In this document: positions 31,136 to 32,000 of the stretch, one piece after another
How the letters are laid out: each line of letters begins with the position of its first letter
How positions within the stretch are numbered: position 1 is the stretch's first letter
From: Cuniculiplasma divulgatum
GTDB taxonomy: Archaea; Thermoplasmatota; Thermoplasmata; Thermoplasmatales; Thermoplasmataceae
NCBI RefSeq assembly: GCF_900083515.1
Contig: NZ_LT671858.1
Coordinates: 750,001 to 782,000, forward strand
Reading direction: 5' to 3'
Length of the DNA: 32,000 nt
Notes under the pieces: generated by a model
The model's database searches: none
What the model saw: the letters and a program-made list of their open reading frames with translations, nothing else
Told to the model about the DNA's origin: nothing
Made by a program: the position numbers and the translations under genes

Positions 31136-31793
31136 GCATACTCCAATTGTTTTTTTTGACATGGATGGGGTTCTCACAGTAGAGAAAAGTAGCTGGAACT
31201 ATGTCCATTCAAAATTTGGGGTTGATAATGATTTTAACTATTCTCTTTTCAGGACCGGAAAGATAGATTACCACGAATTTATGAGACGGGATATTAATCT
31301 GTGGATACAGGAAATGGGTGAAGTAAAGGTCAACCAAATAAGGGAAATCCTTGATGAAATAGAATTGTTTCCAGGAGCCGTTGAGGCAACTCAAACACTC
31401 AGCGCTGAGGGGTTTCACCTGGTAATAGTATCAGGTGGATTAATGTGGCTTGCAGAAAGGGTTGGAAAACTTACAGGAATAAGTGATATTTATGCAAATG
31501 TGATTTTATCGCTGGGTGGAATGGTTCTTCCCGATGGGAGAGCCCTGGTTGACCCGAAGAGGAAGGATATAGTTGTGAATAACGTGATAAATACTTATAA
31601 ACCAGATTACTCAATTTCAGTAGGAGACTCTCCAGATGATGAAAAGATGTTTATGGTTACTGACTATTCCATAAGCATGAATAATGAGCCTGGTTTTATT
31701 AACGCAAGGGGTTTTGATCTGAAAACAGATAATCTTCAATCATGTGCTGATCTCATTCTAGGGATCAGGGATCAGAGAAATGAAATCACCTGA
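31098..31793 (+). CDS. HAD-superfamily hydrolase, phosphoserine phosphatase-like (subfamily IB)
   Basis: HAD motif I is VFFDMDGVLT, motif II IVSGG and motif IV SVGDSPDDEKMF. The ORF is open from 31065. Starting at 31098 gives a 38-nt overlap with proS. Confidence 0.85.
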   Translation: MKGELPSSLGHTEHTPIVFFDMDGVLTVEKSSWNYVHSKFGVDNDFNYSLFRTGKIDYHEFMRRDINLWIQEMGEVKVNQIREILDEIELFPGAVEATQTLSAEGFHLVIVSGGLMWLAERVGKLTGISDIYANVILSLGGMVLPDGRALVDPKRKDIVVNNVINTYKPDYSISVGDSPDDEKMFMVTDYSISMNNEPGFINARGFDLKTDNLQSCADLILGIRDQRNEIT

Positions 31794-32000
31794 AATAAGA
31801 AGGGAAGAGAAACTTCCCTTTGGGATTGGGTGCATTGATCAGTTTCTTGAGGGAGGCATTGATCCTGGCGTAATCACACAGATATATGGTGAGGGCGGTT
31901 CCGGTAAGACAAACATGGCACTTCAGCTCACAGTTTCTGCTCTGTCCAGAGGTGAAAGGGTCATATATGTTGATACAGAGGGATTTTCAAGCAACAGGTT
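31780..32000 (+). CDS. radB: RadB-type RecA-family recombinase paralogue, N-terminal fragment (continues beyond the window)
   Basis: Hand translation gives MKSPEIRREEKLPFGIGCIDQFLEGGIDPGVITQIYGEGGSGKTNMALQLTVSALSRGERVIYVDTEGFSSNR. The Walker A sits about 38 residues from the N-terminus with no HhH N-domain, which fits RadB rather than RadA. The ATG overlaps the HAD gene end by 14 nt. Not in the ORF track. Confidence 0.85.
   Translation, partial: MKSPEIRREEKLPFGIGCIDQFLEGGIDPGVITQIYGEGGSGKTNMALQLTVSALSRGERVIYVDTEGFSSNR

Noticed and set aside
1525-31418. Many 61-121 aa ORFs in the track lie antisense inside longer, well-supported genes. They are 1525-1710, 3243-3476, 4888-5178, 7556-7747, 8566-8892, 9205-9501, 10016-10375, 10565-10918, 11833-12105, 13185-13442, 14177-14401, 16175-16363, 16382-16567, 17400-17600, 18838-19083, 19070-19315, 20076-20363, 21647-21895, 22018-22236, 28454-28660, 28826-29191, 30384-30584, 30727-31020 and 31209-31418.
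   Set aside because: Each is fully or largely embedded in a gene with strong family motifs on the other strand. Their translations are Ser/Leu/Ile/Cys/Phe-rich and low in complexity, with no recognisable motifs. This is typical of shadow ORFs. I cannot exclude a genuine overlapping gene without conservation or Ribo-seq data.
1-32000. Looked for tRNA/rRNA genes, CRISPR arrays, transposases/IS ends, integrases, inteins and toxin-antitoxin pairs.
   Set aside because: No GC-rich cloverleaf-like islands stand out from the AT-rich background. I saw no regularly spaced direct repeats, no transposase or integrase motifs in any ORF, and no intein blocks in the visible part of radB or in proS. The scan was visual only, so short or degenerate elements could have been missed.

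Overview
AT-rich, densely packed archaeal chromosomal segment. Archaeal hallmarks are a RadB-type recombinase fragment, an archaeal-type prolyl-tRNA synthetase ending in ...FSRPY, an archaeal NMN adenylyltransferase, DUF211 and a class III signal-peptide pilin. The gene mix (PP2C phosphatase, homogentisate pathway, sequon-rich membrane proteins) suggests a Thermoplasmata acidophile of the Ferroplasma/Picrophilus type, but the lineage is inference only. I support 34 protein-coding genes. One is a 58-aa small ORF and one an edge-truncated ORF; neither is in the supplied track. Many junctions are 0-14 nt or overlapping, including GTGA-type start/stop overlaps, and three convergent gene pairs overlap at their 3' ends. 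Several genes have an A/T-rich TATA-like box about 23-28 nt upstream of the ATG, which looks leaderless. I saw no rRNA, tRNA, CRISPR array, transposase or integrase. Most content is housekeeping or metabolic: SIS sugar isomerase, CinA-like, two histidine phosphatases, aminotransferase, M20 peptidase, proS, a HAD phosphatase, radB, an MFS transporter and an MMPL/RND transporter. The best candidate for an undescribed system is a tightly coupled pair at 6306-9098. It joins a family-less 294-aa protein to a FtsK/HerA/TrwB-like P-loop ATPase that carries an extra C-terminal region of about 200 aa with a degenerate PD-(D/E)xK-like pattern. Second is the four-gene homogentisate (tyrosine catabolism) operon at 11797-15964, where a maleylacetate-reductase-like Fe-ADH gene sits where a maleylacetoacetate isomerase would be expected. 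Smaller items are a DUF211-VIT-like-CxC membrane protein cluster, a tandem-duplicated Lrp/AsnC regulator divergent from the MMPL gene, an orphan membrane-anchored acidic protein wedged between the aminotransferase and nadM, an orphan pilin, and several inverted repeats in promoter regions. All family calls rest on motifs I recognise by eye. No searches were run.
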